The notes: a model not told the origin generated them from the letters alone. DNA of 63,309 bases, filler included, from Octopus bimaculoides (GCF_001194135.2; 7 parts of 5 records of this genome joined end to end with filler, not necessarily neighbours in it), one strand, 5' to 3'; positions 1 through 13,446 are shown, numbered from the whole stretch's first letter. A program made the numbers and translations.

Positions 1-173
1 ATATATATATATATATACACGTACATAAACTAGAATGTAAAATGTTTTATACCTGTATGTATATATAAGTATAAAATAAATAAATAAATATATATATGTA
101 CGTATGTAGGTATTTATATATATATGTATTTGCATTAACTCTCACAAGGGGAGGAAAGACATATTCATATATT

Positions 174-209
<36 letters not shown>

Positions 210-221
210 AGTGTGCATATG

Positions 222-256
<35 letters not shown>

Positions 257-1024
257 GTATGCATATATATGTATATATATATATGTATATATATGTATAT
301 ATATATGTATATATATATATGTATATATTTATACATATATATATTTGTATATATGTAAATATGGATGTGTGTGTTTAAATGTATGTATATATTCACATGC
401 ATGCATGCGTGAGTGAGAGTAAGCGCGCGCGTGTGTTTGGCTTGGTGTAGGTGTGTGCTTGTGTTTCTGGGTGTGTGTATATATTTTTTTAACAATCCGG
501 AAAATCAGTCTTCCATTATCATACAACCGAAAAACTATTTCATTTTGCTGTCATATTACTATCATAGAACGAAATGATTTTTCTGTTTGAAATATACATC
601 TATATAATACTGTATACAGATCACGCACATGCGCACACATACACACATAAGTGCACATACACGCACACGCAAACTAATACATGCACATACACAATGTATT
701 CGCACGAACGCTCAGTACATTTCCAAGCATTATTCTTAATATACCTATTTTTTACGATGTTATATGCGCGTGTGTGTGCATGTATGCGTGTGTGTATGCG
801 TGCATGTGTTTATGTGTGTATGGGTGTGCGTGTTCATGTGTGTGTGTGTGTGTGTGTGCGCTCGTGTATGCCNNNNNNNNNNATATATATATATTAATGT
901 TTATATTTATATTACTACTTATGTAAATAAACTGATATATACACATATATTAACATATATATCTATATAGTCTTGTGTTCATATATATATATACATATAT
1001 AGATATCGATATATATATATATCG

Positions 1025-1056
<32 letters not shown>

Positions 1057-1124
1057 TTAAGTATATGTATATGTATGTATATGTGTTTGTATATAGATGG
1101 AGAGAGAGAATGGGAGAGACAGGC

Positions 1125-1164
<40 letters not shown>

Positions 1165-1200
1165 GAAGGGAGAGAGAGAGAGAAATACACACACAATATC
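1..1200. repeat. Compound dinucleotide microsatellite block (TA)n/(TG)n/(CA)n/(GA)n
   Basis: Directly visible; explains the YIYI/VCVC/ERER pseudo-ORFs. Confidence 0.95.
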
Positions 1201-2470
1201 TATATCTATATATGTGCGTACAACCTAGAAATTTTGAAGTAAATTCTACACTGCGATATTACCACAGTGTCTTCAAACTTGGAACGACATATGATATTAT
1301 TTATCACAAATGTACATTTGGGTGAAGAGTATGCTTACACCAGTGGGGATATTACTGCAAATCCCTATGCCAATATTCTTTGACAATAACACAGCAAAAT
1401 GCATTATTCTAACTACGACCTGTATTATCATATTTAGTATTCCCCCTTGCTCCTATTCGCTGGTTGCCGTAAGTAATGGAGTAACGATTAGCTAGAAACC
1501 CTTAACAGAACATTTAGTTCTTTTTATATATAATTACGAGACATTTGTTAGTTGAATGCATGTATGTCTACCAGAATCGGACCAACGTCTGAAGCACAGA
1601 ATTGATTGTTCTGATTGCTTCACTTACTACTAGACAGTTGTCCGTCGACAGGAAAATTATTTTTATTGTTATGCACAAAAAGAATAAAAAGAAAAACAGA
1701 AATTCATATCTATCCATTCCAGCACTTGTCACATGTAATTTTGGTGGATTTTGGGTTGTAAAAAAAAATTAATGCTCAAATATAGAGCACTCAAAATGCA
1801 TTAGCGGAAAACATTCTCATTCACAATTTGTAGATAATAATAATAATGATAATGATTGTACCAACATCTGTAAGTTGTAATGAATTATTTGATTTAGCAA
1901 AAAAAAATAAAATGAACAAGAAAAATACTGTCTACATAATGATAATTAAAAATCTGATGCATAAATGTAATTCGTTCTTATATTTTATTCAAAATTTGCT
2001 AATTTTGTGAAATATTACAGCTGAATGAATGTTAAATATAAAGCGGTAACGTCTTACCTTCATGTATAAATTCGTTATGATGGTGTTAAAAGTAACAAAA
2101 CTATATTTTGTAAAAATTCAGAGAAAACGTAGTAGTTAACTATTACGTCAAAAGAATATATGAAACAACTATGTGTAAGCAGGAAACTCGTTTTATGTAA
2201 TAAAGAAATACCTTGTGTGAGGTGTTTCGGTTTATTTATTATCCTTCAGTAGTGTAATATACTTCTATACAACTTATAGCCCTCTTCATTAAGCTGACTG
2301 CAACGTGAAAAACATTATTTAGTGCACCGTGAAATAAATATTGCAAATTGAGATAAATATGTTCGTAGGCCCCAGATAGATAGGTAAACGGCAGTCGCAA
2401 AGAAAATAAATACTCTAGTAATTTGTACTTCAGACAAACATACATACATACATACATACATACATACACG

Positions 2471-3870
2471 CATAACCCCTTGTCATTCATGTTAAGGAAG
2501 TCTGAAGAGTATTTCACTGGTTCACAAGGAAACAGAAATACCAAAATTACACACTATTTCTTTGTGGATGACTTAAAACTTTATGCAAAGAATATGCATG
2601 AGATGAAAAAGAACCTTGAATTAGTTACAACATTCTCAAAGGATGTAGGGTTGGAGTTTGGTCAGGATAAATATTATTATATGGTTGTGAAAGGGGGAAA
2701 ACTATAAACCAGACTAGTAGCATCTCCGTCAATGATTTGACTGTTTCACCTATATCTGACGAGGAACGTTACAAGTATCTAGCGGTGGATGAAAATATAT
2801 TTTCCAGTGGCATCTGTAACAAAACACGTGTTACTAAAGAATTTCAGCCGAATAAAGAAAATTTGAACCACAGAACTCTCTGCATTCAATAAAACAGTGG
2901 CCCACAGTGTGTTTGCAGTGCCAGTACTCATACCAACATTTGGGCTTCTTGCTTGGACGCTTGATGAGGAACAGGAAATATCAACCAAGTACCTGATGCA
3001 CAAAAAGGATAGAGATGCGGGAAAAGCAGTAAAATGTGACAAACGATGCAGACTTTGTGGACTTCAAACTGAAGATATCACCCACATCATAAGCAGTTGT
3101 CCGAAAATGTCATCACGGTATAATCTACCAATGAGACATGACGCTGTAGTTAGGACACTGTAATGAAATCCGGCGGAAGGATAATCCCGAGGACAAAGAA
3201 ATAAAAACTCACAATATGGTAGAAGTCATAGCCACTCATAATGAAAAGGAATACTGGTGGAATGTACCAGTGAAGACCTCAATAAAATGTAAGCACAACA
3301 GACCTGATATAATAATTTGGGATTAAGAAGAGAATCTGTGCACAGTTGTGGAAATTAGCTGCCCAGTGGATGTTAAACAAAGCTAAAGATCGGTGAAAAA
3401 GAGAACACCTATGCTGAACTATTGAGAAATCTACAGTTACTCTATGCAGATTACAACTTCAGGTTTATACCTGTAATTATTGGAGCCCTGGGATATGTAT
3501 CACACTGCTTACATACCAATATTGAGAAATTAGGCATCTCAAAACCAGAAAGGAGAAAGCTAATTCGAAGGCTACAGATCCAATCCATCACTGGAACTGT
3601 AAAAATCTGTAAAACTTTGCAGAAGTTTATCATTTGAATATGTATGAGCATGTCTAGATATGTAACTATGCATGAGAATACATACATAAAATATACAAAT
3701 CTGCACATACATACTTACAAACATACATACATACATACATACATACAAACATACATACAAACAAAAATACCGTGTTGTTCATGTTCAAGTTCTAATGAAA
3801 GAACCTTGGATCTAGGTTAGAAACCGATTCTTTCTCTATTGACAAGAAATCTTGAAATAAACTGAATAAT
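2471..3870 (+). mobile_element. 5'-truncated, degraded R4/Dong-like (RLE-type) non-LTR retrotransposon, (CATA)n-flanked family
   Basis: RT motif YFFVDDLKLYAKN; zinc knuckle CRLCGLQTEDITHIISSC plus RHDAVV; RLE motif HNRPDIIIWD..VEISCP; C-terminal FIPVIIGALG; stops and frameshifts. Confidence 0.9.
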
Positions 3871-4337
3871 TACATACATACACAATTGGTGCCCGGTTTT
3901 GTTTTAACCAATTTCGTTTTATCCGGTGACAATCTGGTTAAGCTCATAATTGCGTGGAGGCAAACACAAACATTTAGAAATGCACGAGCATATACACGCA
4001 TTCACACACACACACACACACACANNNNNNNNNNNNNNNNNNNNNNNNNNNNNNNNNNNNNNNNNNNNNNNNNNNNNNNNNNNNNNNNNNNNNNNNNNNN
4101 NNNNNNNNNNNNNNNNNNNNNNNNNNNNNNNNNNNNNNNNNNNNNNNNNNNNNNNNNNNNNNNNNNNNNNNNNNNNNNNNNNNNNNNNNNNNNNNNNNNN
4201 NNNNNNNNNNNNNNNNNNNNNNNNNNNNNNNNNNNNNNNNNNNNNNNNNNNNNNNNNNNNNNNNNNNNNNNNNNNNNNNNNNNNNNNNNNNNNNNNNNNN
4301 NNNNNNNNNNNNNNNNNNNNNNNNNNNNNNNNNNNNN

Positions 4338-4374
<37 letters not shown>

Positions 4375-4375
4375 A

Positions 4376-4582
4376 TTTGTGAGTCTGTGTTTGTCCTCTA
4401 CCATAGCTTGACAACCGATTTTAGTTTGTTTATGTCCGCGTAAGCTAATGGTTCGGCAAAAGAGACCGATAGAATAAGTACTAGACTTACAAAGAATAAG
4501 TCCTGGGGTCGATTTGTTCGACTAAAGGCGGCGCTCCAGCAAGGCCGCAGTCAAATGACTGAAACAAGTAAAAGAGACAAAA
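4376..4582 (+). mobile_element. SINE group B, 3' half (follows (TG)n)
   Basis: gcttgacaaccga...ggttcggcaaaagagaccgatagaataagtac...ctccagcaaggccgcagtcaaatgactgaaacaagtaaaagag recurs at 12305, 37341, 46130, 53860. Confidence 0.85.
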
Positions 4583-4686
4583 AGTATATGTTACTACATT
4601 GTCCGATACGTTGTGAGTAAGGGAGCGAATCATTCCCCTGCAGCTCATCAAGACCAGCAGACCATTTTTTCTGAGTCTTTACCCTT

Positions 4687-4760
<74 letters not shown>

Positions 4761-4911
4761 GACTGACAGACAGACAAATAGATAGATAGATATATAGATA
4801 GATAGATGTACACATGCATACACATATACATGCATACGTACATAAAGACATACATATACACACACACATGGAAACGCTCGTGCACACAAACACACACACA
4901 TATACTGACGC

Positions 4912-5260
4912 AAGCGTGCCTGTGAGGTAAGAAGCTTGCTGCCCAACCACATGCTTTCAGGTTCAGTCCCACTTTCTGGAAGTCTCGGGCCAACCAAAGC
5001 CTTGTGAGTGGATTTAGTTGATGGAAACTGAAAGATTCCCGTCGTATATATATGAATATCTAGATGTTTGTCTGTGTGTGACTTGAGTCTGTGTTTACGC
5101 CCAGGAGATTTGGCGATTCGGCAAAGAGACTGATAGAATACGTATTGGACTTAAAAAATAAAACCTGGGGTCGACTTGTCCCACCAAGATACTTCAAAGC
5201 AGTCCTCCAGCATGGCCACAGTGAAATGATTGAAACAAATAAAAGAATACAAAGATAAAA

Positions 5261-5262
<2 letters not shown>
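4912..5262 (+). mobile_element. SINE group B, degraded head plus tail
   Basis: Head gtgaggtaagaagcttgc...ggttcagtcccact...gggccaaccaaagccttgtgagtggattt and group-B tail. Confidence 0.8.
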
Positions 5263-5298
<36 letters not shown>

Positions 5299-5994
5299 NN
5301 NNNNNNNNNNNNNNNNNNNNNNNNNNNNNNNNNNNNNNNNNNNNNNNNNNNNNNNNNNNNNNNNNNNNNNNNNNNNNNNNNNNNNNNNNNNNNNNNNNNN
5401 NNNNNNNNNNNNNNNNNNNNNNNNNNNNNNNNNNNNNNNNNNNNNNNNNNNNNNNNNNNNNNNNNNNNNNNNNNNNNNNNNNNNNNNNNNNNNNNNNNNN
5501 NNNNNNNNNNNNNNNNNNNNNNNNNNNNNNNNNNNNNNNNNNNNNNNNNNNNNNNNNNNNNNNNNNNNNNNNNNNNNNNNNNNNNNNNNNNNNNNNNNNN
5601 NNNNNNNNNNNNNNNNNNNNNNNNNNNNNNNNNNNNNNNNNNNNNNNNNNNNNNNNNNNNNNNNNNNNNNNNNNNNNNNNNNNNNNNNNNNNNNNNNNNN
5701 NNNNNNNNNNNNNNNNNNNNNNNNNNNNNNNNNNNNNNNNNNNNNNNNNNNNNNNNNNNNNNNNNNNNNNNNNNNNNNNNNNNNNNNNNNNNNNNNNNNN
5801 NNNNNNNNNNNNNNNNNNNNNNNNNNNNNNNNNNNNNNNNNNNNNNNNNNNNNNNNNNNNNNNNNNNNNNNNNNNNNNNNNNNNNNNNNNNNNNNNNNNN
5901 NNNNNNNNNNNNNNNNNNNNNNNNNNNNNNNNNNNNNNNNNNNNNNNNNNNNNNNNNNNNNNNNNNNNNNNNNNNNNNNNNNNNNNNNNNNNNN

Positions 5995-6047
<53 letters not shown>

Positions 6048-6571
6048 GTATATATGTATGTATGTATATATCAATCAAATAACACGAGATGAAGAATGTG
6101 CAATTTGTTTAAGATGAGCCACAATGCTGGTGTGTCCGTTGTTGGCTCATACATACACAAGTATAGATACATTGGCCAAGAGAATATGATGTTAAGGAGA
6201 TTTGGCTGGTATGCCATCTATCTATCAGTTGAGATATCAAGTAGAGGCTCTGTCGCTAACTGTTACATGCATGTATGGCATATACGACAATAGAGAGCTG
6301 TTTGAGGGTGATATGGCTATTATTTCTAACACGTTGTTGTACTTCATAGAAGCCACAAATTTTGATACATAAATACAACCACATAGTTATGAGCACACAT
6401 AAGTAATGTAAAGAACTGTACAATCGTACACTCAACGTATATAAATTCATGAATATATACATAAGGTAGTGGAGTGTAATTTGGGGAGAACATCCATAAG
6501 ACAGATGAGTGTGGTTTCAAGAATATGTAACTGTTAGTTACCTCTAGAAATCCCTTGCTGTCTCATATAAA

Positions 6572-6902
6572 CTGGCACTCTGTCGGTTATGACGGAGTGA
6601 TCCGATCCGTTGATCCGATCAACGGAATAGCTTGCTCGTGAGATTAACATGCAAGCGGCTGAGCACTCCATAGACACGCGTACTTTTAACGTAGTTTTCA
6701 AGGAGATTCAGTTTGACACTAAATGTGACAAAGTTGGCTCCTTTTGAATTACAGGTACAACTCATTTTTGCCAGCTCAGTGAACTGGAACAACGTGAAAT
6801 AAAGTGAGTCGCTCAAGGACACAATGCACCAACGGGTATTGAACTCACGAACTTAACGATAGTGAACTGAGTACCTTAACCACTAAGACACGCACCTTCA
6901 CA
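6572..6902 (-). mobile_element. tRNA-derived SINE group A variant
   Basis: Reverse complement matches 51776-52088 and the group-A tail (ctggaaccctcg...gacggagtgcca). Confidence 0.8.
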
Positions 6903-9004
6903 CTGTCTCATATATTTGCACAAGGCGCTAGACAAGCGCTGTTATTAAGCAAACTTTGTCTTTTGATATGAGATAGTTGGGCTCGTTTTGACAACTTCCA
7001 GTAACTCGTCTGCCATTTGAAACGTTATCTAATTTACTGATGTTTCGCCGTACTCACTAGGCATTAGATCCGTAAAGTTTGGTTCTCATATACCAGTATC
7101 TTTGAATACATATCACTCATTACTCTCAAAGGATCGTTAATGAAATTAACAAATGTCTTCTCTCAAGATTTTCATATTTTCGGCTCTCATTCATTTCTTT
7201 CTCCCATTATAATTTCAAAGAAAATACAGTGAGTTTGTTACTTTTTTTGCATATAACTGAGACTGTTTATATATTTACAACATACTCGTTACAAACTCTT
7301 ACACTAAAATATCAGCGTTTGATTATATGAGCAAGGCTGAAATGTCAAAAAAAATTGCGAGGACAACGCATGTGTTATTGCATATGGTGTACTTTATGCT
7401 GCTCTCTTGAACCCAATTGTCAGGCACAAATATTGAAAAATAAACAAACTTTGGGCTATTTGGAAAGAAAAACGCAGAAGACATTGCGGACAGATTATAT
7501 CATAATACTTCAAGAAAAGAATTATCGCAAAGAATTGCAATTTCAGTAAAGATACTTCTAAGGAATTTGTGAAATCGCAGTGTTTATTAAAAAGAGTTTT
7601 AAAGTGAATAAGAAAGGATATGCNNNNNNNNNNNNNNNNNNNNNNNNNNNNNNNNNNNNNNNNNNNNNNNNNNNNNNNNNNNNNNNNNNNNNNNNNNNNN
7701 NNNNNNNNNNNNNNNNNNNNNNNNNNNNNNNNNNNNNNNNNNNNNNNNNNNNNNNNNNNNNNNNNNNNNNNNNNNNNNNNNNNNNNNNNNNNNNNNNNNN
7801 NNNNNNNNNNNNNNNNNNNNNNNNNNNNNNNNNNNNNNNNNNNNNNNNNNNNNNNNNNNNNNNNTTATATTTCTTAGAGAAAAGTATGAAATCGAGTACT
7901 ACCAGTTGGTGAGCTGTTAAAATGTCATTCACCTTGGTTTATTATTATTATTTTTCGATTTTTTTTTCTTGCCACTCTCTCATTAACCCGCCATCTATCT
8001 ATCTTATGAAGTGTGCAACAGTGTCTCAGAAGGACTATCACAATATTCTATCATTACAGGAAACCAGAGAAAGTAAAAAAAAATAAAAAAACAGTTTTTC
8101 ATTATGATCCATGAATATATAACTGAGAGTTATTAATGATTATGATGAATTTAACGGCCCGAGTAACGCTCTGACAAAAGAATATACACTGTTACAGAAA
8201 GCTGGCCGCAGAGTCTCTGTATCAAAGACGATAAATGAAATAACTGTGTGTAAGCGACAATGGAAGTTCCATTGTCGAACATTACTATACATCGACATGG
8301 TCAAGAAATTCCATGTGATATAGAATCCTAAGTTGTTCAAAACAATTCAAGTGTGTAAGGTTCTCACATTACAATTAGATATAAATACAGATGATAGTGG
8401 TTTGGCCCACGATTTATGGCGTTAACCAATTTATAGATGCAGGCAAACATATTTCACAGTTCTGTTAATATCTTGCTTTAGAAACTACAGCTACGACAAT
8501 ACATATTTTTCAAGTGTATCAATAGGTTCTTTTAGGAAGAGGAACTTCTGTGGCAGGTTTATGGTGCAATGCTGACTAAAGGCACAAAGGCAGTGACAGT
8601 CTCTGTTAAAGATTTTGTTGCACGGGTAAAACAAATAAATAGTGCTACCATTTTTTTTTTAACTAATTGTGTTTTATACCGTGAGATTAACACGGCTGTA
8701 TCTGTATGATTATCTGTGTACTGAACATAATTAAGTCTCATATTAACGTGACTCTTCACAATTTTTAAGGTGATAGCTGAGCTGTTGCTCACTCCTTAGT
8801 TTCATACCGAAATGTGTTTGTTCTTTCATTATAATATAAATTATCAATATTTTTTACAAACAATGGAAAATAAATAAAGTGATACAATGCCCATTTCTAC
8901 AATACGAATAGTGTAGATGAAATGAATTTGCGTTTGGTCAAAATCGAAAGCTGGTTATAAACTCAGCAGTAGATTTCTTTTTATCCATTGTATATACATA
9001 CAAA

Positions 9005-9390
9005 GTGGAGGCGCAATGGCCCAGTGGTTAGGGCAGCGGACTCGAGGTCATAGTATAGCGGTTTCGATTCCCAGACCGGCCGTTGTAAGTGTTTATTGAG
9101 CGAAAACACCTAAAGCTCCACGAGGCTCCGGCAGGGGATGATGGCGAACCCTTCTGTACTCTTTCACCACAAATTTCTCTCACTCTTTCTTCCTGTTTCT
9201 GTTGTGCTTGTAATTCAAAGGGTCAGCCTTGTCACACTGTGTCACGCTGAATATCCCCGAGAACTACGTTAAGGGTACACGTGTGTGTGGAGTTCTCAGC
9301 CACTTGCACGTTAATTTCACGAGCAGGCTGTTCCGTTGGTCGGATCAACTGGAACCCTCGACGTCGTAAGCGACGGAGTGCCAACAACAA
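9005..9390 (+). mobile_element. Full-length tRNA-derived SINE group A with (CAA)n tail and target-site duplication
   Basis: A-box tggcccagtggttagg, B-box gtttcgattccc, tail ccaacaacaa; TSD atacatacaaag on both sides. Confidence 0.9.
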
Positions 9391-9889
9391 TACATACAAA
9401 GGCCACATTAGATTATTTGTGCTTATATAATGTAAAGACGTTTGTTCTACAATTTAAGAGACGTATGACTAAACTGTTTAAACTTTGTTTCACGCGTATG
9501 TAATTTTTGCTATTTCTCCTTGACGGTTAGCATCGAATTGTTCGCGTAAAAGTTATAATATGCAGATTTTAATGCTTTATTTTATTAATTTATTTATCTA
9601 TTTGTTTACTGATATCACAAAGTACTGCAATGCGTTTTTGAACTGAAAAATGGTTTGTCAGTGTTTTTCTGAGATTAAAAACCTAAATTTAATAGACAAT
9701 ATTGGGTTGCTAGACAAGCATATGTCACTGATATATTTGGTCAACTAAACCAACTTAATGAATCAATGCAGATAATATTAGAAAATTTAATTGTTCCGGC
9801 TTCAATCTTAGAATAGCGCCAGTTAATGACTTCAGGCGTAATTCCATGTTTTTGTAAAGCTGAGACAATTAACTGTACAAAAGTATTAT

Positions 9890-10045
9890 TACAGACAAAT
9901 GTAAATTCCACCGAAGTAAGCTTTGCTGTTCATCCTTTCAGGGTCGATAAGATGAGTACTAGTTGAGCCCCGGGGTCGATATAACCGTCTTATCCACCCA
10001 TTACAATTGCTGGCCTTGTGCTAAAATTTGAATATATTACTACTG
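9890..10045 (+). mobile_element. SINE group C central and 3' part
   Basis: aaattccaccgaag...ttcatcctttcagggtcgataag...ggggtcgatataac...ggccttgtgctaaaatttgaa, recurrent in window. Confidence 0.7.
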
Positions 10046-10067
10046 GCTAGTGAGGCGTGTTTGAGTG

Positions 10068-10190
10068 GAGGCGCAGGCGTGGTTGTGTGGTGAGAAGCAT
10101 GCTTCCCAACTACATGACTTCGGGTTCAGTCCTATTGCATAGCACTTTGGGCAATTATCTTCTACTATAGCCTCGGGTCAACCAAGGCCT
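10068..10190 (+). mobile_element. SINE group B head
   Basis: ggcgcaggcgtggttgtgtggtgagaagc...gggttcagtcc...ttgggcaa...ctactatagcctcggg matches 60286. Confidence 0.8.
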
Positions 10191-10381
10191 AACAGAACGT
10201 TTCCTCGTTCATTTATATGAATCGGGTGAATTTTGTTTTGTTTAGAAGAGGAGAAAATATTTTTGTTGTTTTGTAAAAAGGGGGTAAGAGAGAAAGAAAA
10301 TCAAAGAGGGGGAAAATAGAAAGAGAGAGAGAGGTCTCAGGATAATCAAGAAAGAGGAAGAAAAGCTAAGGACGGGGAGTT

Positions 10382-10420
<39 letters not shown>

Positions 10421-11734
10421 ATGCATATATATAATACACATTAAGTACAGGAAATCACCAACGAGTGAAAAATACGAAAACACACGAGAGATAAGTACAG
10501 GGCAAAATACTTATATATNNNNNNNNNNNNNNNNNNNNNNNNNNNNNNNNNNNNNNNNNNNNNNNNNNNNNNNNNNNNNNNNNNNNNNNNNNNNNNNNNN
10601 ACAAAGAATTTGTCTTTTTTCTTCTTTTTCACTTCCCCCTCTTTCCTTTCTCATTGTATACCTATCAACATATTTGTAAAAAACACATTTTCTCACAAGG
10701 GCCAGATGACTATTGAAGGTGTCAACCTTAGGAAGCAGGATGGGAAAGATAAGAAAAGAGAGGAGAGTGCGGTCATCACTGAAAATAAAAAGAGTTCGAA
10801 GTCCTATGAAAATGTATATTCCCTTACACTTGTATAAGTCAAATCCCATATTCTGTGTAATTCCATGTTTTGCAAGAACAAACATTAAATATTAATACAA
10901 CATTCATAAATTAGGAAAATAAAGTCAGAATATAAAAGATAATTTGTGTTCGGTACTGTTTATAATTCAATTTATTCTCTATGTGCTTTTAATCAAACAT
11001 CATAAATGAGTTGTGTAATAACATGTATATCGTATATTTAGCTGGAAGCCACTCTGTTTAGAGTATAAATTACATAACAAAGCAGGGTCTGTTTAAATAT
11101 AAATATATATTTTGAGTATCTTTCATCCTTTCGTAGGATTTATTTTAATTTTCCATGCTTCAAAAGATAATTCAAAAGAGATCTTCTTCACGAATTGCTT
11201 TGCCAACTAGGTATATTACATATTTTCCCTAATCAGTGGTAAAATGGTTCTAGTATTCTTTCTCGGGTATGTGTAAGTTCTACAAGAACAACAGTTGTCA
11301 AAATCCCCATGTTATATATATATATATGATCATTTATAGAGATGTATTAACACTGGAGCCACATTCAGAAACAACAGTAACAGTATAATATAAATGTTTT
11401 CTGTTCACCCATCATCATTACTATTAAAAAAATAATATTAAAGTGGTAAAATGACCACGATGAAGCTTTCTTGACAGACACCCAAATCATCTAGCATACA
11501 TTGATATCACCTTACATGGTATGTGAATATTGTTAGACAACAATATAACGTTCATTAGAGCATTCATTTGCATTATTTCTCCCCAGTCGTATTAGCTGGG
11601 CACAGCGTCTGTGTGAGCTAACCATGTAATGTTCATAGTTTGTTTCATTTAGAGGGGTGTTCATACATATTGTCTCCGTTTCTCTTTCCAATATTTTTGC
11701 CACAATATAGTTCCTCTGCTTCTCTTTGAAACAT

Positions 11735-12290
11735 TTAAACTTGAAGAGAATTTTTTGATGAAGTGTAGCTCCATTGCTTTTCGGAACTTTAGGTCTTCTC
11801 TTGAGCATTTGTAACAGAAAGCGATTTTGAACTTCCTTTCACCGCACATTTCTAGATACTTACCCAGTGGAATCTTGCACAATTCCTCTTGTTGGATGTG
11901 TTGTCTGTAGCTTATTGCACGTTGGCAGAGGAAACTGTTTGTTTCGCAAATGCAAATTTTCTTTGCAGTTGGGGAAAGTAATGCAGGTCATATTTGCATT
12001 TACTTTGAACGAGTATCCGGTCTTGAAATTTGTGGGAATCACTTTATAAATATTTCAAGTCTTTGTTGCATGTTCTACATCTGGTGTCTCCACATTCTTT
12101 TACAGAGAATTCTGATTCATTCTCTGATGTGAATTTTGCTCTTGTGAGGTGTCTTTTTGAGATTTTTTGGCTGGCGTTTACTGCTTCGTAAGGGTTTTTT
12201 TCTTATCAATGAGAGTTTTTATTTTGGGCCTTTGTAGAAAGATTGGTTGATTTGACTTTATGACGTGAAAAATGTTGGCTACCCCAGAAT
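11735..12290 (-). mobile_element. Penelope-like element, degraded GIY-YIG endonuclease region
   Basis: Across frames: KRQPKNLKRHLTRAKF, CGDTRCRTC, FKVNANMTC-ITFPNCKEN, CKIPLGKYLEMC, MELHFIKKFSSSLN, typical of the PLE C-terminus. Confidence 0.8.
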
Positions 12291-12301
12291 TGAGCGTATT
12301 G

Positions 12302-12304
<3 letters not shown>

Positions 12305-12336
<32 letters not shown>

Positions 12337-12580
12337 GTATGTCATTGTGTCTGTGTTTGTCTCCACCCCCAACGCTTGACAACCAATTTTGGCGTGTTTG
12401 CGTCCACGTAACCTAGCGGTTCGGCGAAATATACCGATAGAATAAATAGTAGGTTTACAAAGAATAAGTCCTGGGGTCGATTTTTCGACTAAAAGACCCT
12501 TTAAGGCGATGCTCCAACATGACTGCAGTTGAATAACTGAAGTAAAAAGTAAAAATAACTGAAGTAAAAGAATAAAAAAA
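12305..12580 (+). mobile_element. SINE group B 3' half
   Basis: (TG)n followed by the group-B tail consensus. Confidence 0.85.
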
Positions 12581-13446
12581 AGCGAAAGAATAATGTGTGA
12601 GTATCTTTACTACAGCAGTCTCATGTTCATAATTCTCATCAGTCATTTCCAATGGTAAGTTGTACCATTACCAATAGATTCACACGATATAGCTAATCTC
12701 ACTGCTACAGAACTAAACCAACTCACTGATAACTCATTAAAATCACAATTTTCCGAACATTCTATTGACACATTCTGGATAACGACACGAAAGGAATATC
12801 CAGAGATTGCACAAAAAGGCTNNNNNNNNNNNNNNNNNNNNNNNNNNNNNNNNNNNNNNNNNNNNNNNNNNNNNNNNNNNNNNNNNNNNNNNNNNNNNNN
12901 NNNNNNNNNNNNNNNNNNNNNNNNNNNNNNNNNNNNNNNNNNNNNNNNNNNNNNNNNNNNNNNNNNNNNNNNNNNNNNNNNNNNNNNNNNNNNNNNNNNN
13001 NNNNNNNNNNNNNNNNNNNNNNNNNNNNNNNNNNNNNNNNNNNNNNNNNNNNAATGTATGCTGTTCCTTTTACGTGTATTGCTTATTCACAGAAGATAAT
13101 TTAATCATTTTTTCCTCTATATTAAAATGACTTCTTCGAACTTTTAAGGGTTAATTATTAGTTGGTGTGCTTCGTTCTGAGAAATAGGATGTTTAGTGAG
13201 ATTAATGTCAAATAAAATTACTTATATTTCAAATACGAATAAATTGCTTCAAATATTTTACTGTTTAAATTAGATGTGATGCTGTCTTCATCATGTTTAA
13301 ACTACTCCGGATACTATTCTAACTCGTAGGTTAAATTCCTACATACAAACATTTGATCACAAATAAGTGTCCCTCGACCTCTCTCTTACTTTCTGTCCTT
13401 ATCTCTGTATATGTATCCATGTATATCTATCTATCTATCTATCTGC

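Noticed and set aside
96-1325. ORFs such as YIYIYI, VCVCVC, HTHTHT, ERERER here and throughout
   Set aside because: Translations of dinucleotide and tetranucleotide microsatellites
3886-6117. Long ORFs full of X (also at 27.7, 29.2, 48.7, 52.7 and 54.0 kb)
   Set aside because: Frames kept open only by N-gaps
9005-9080. tRNA-like heads of SINE groups A and B as tRNA genes
   Set aside because: A and B boxes present, but no acceptor stem or terminator, and they continue into SINE bodies with TSDs
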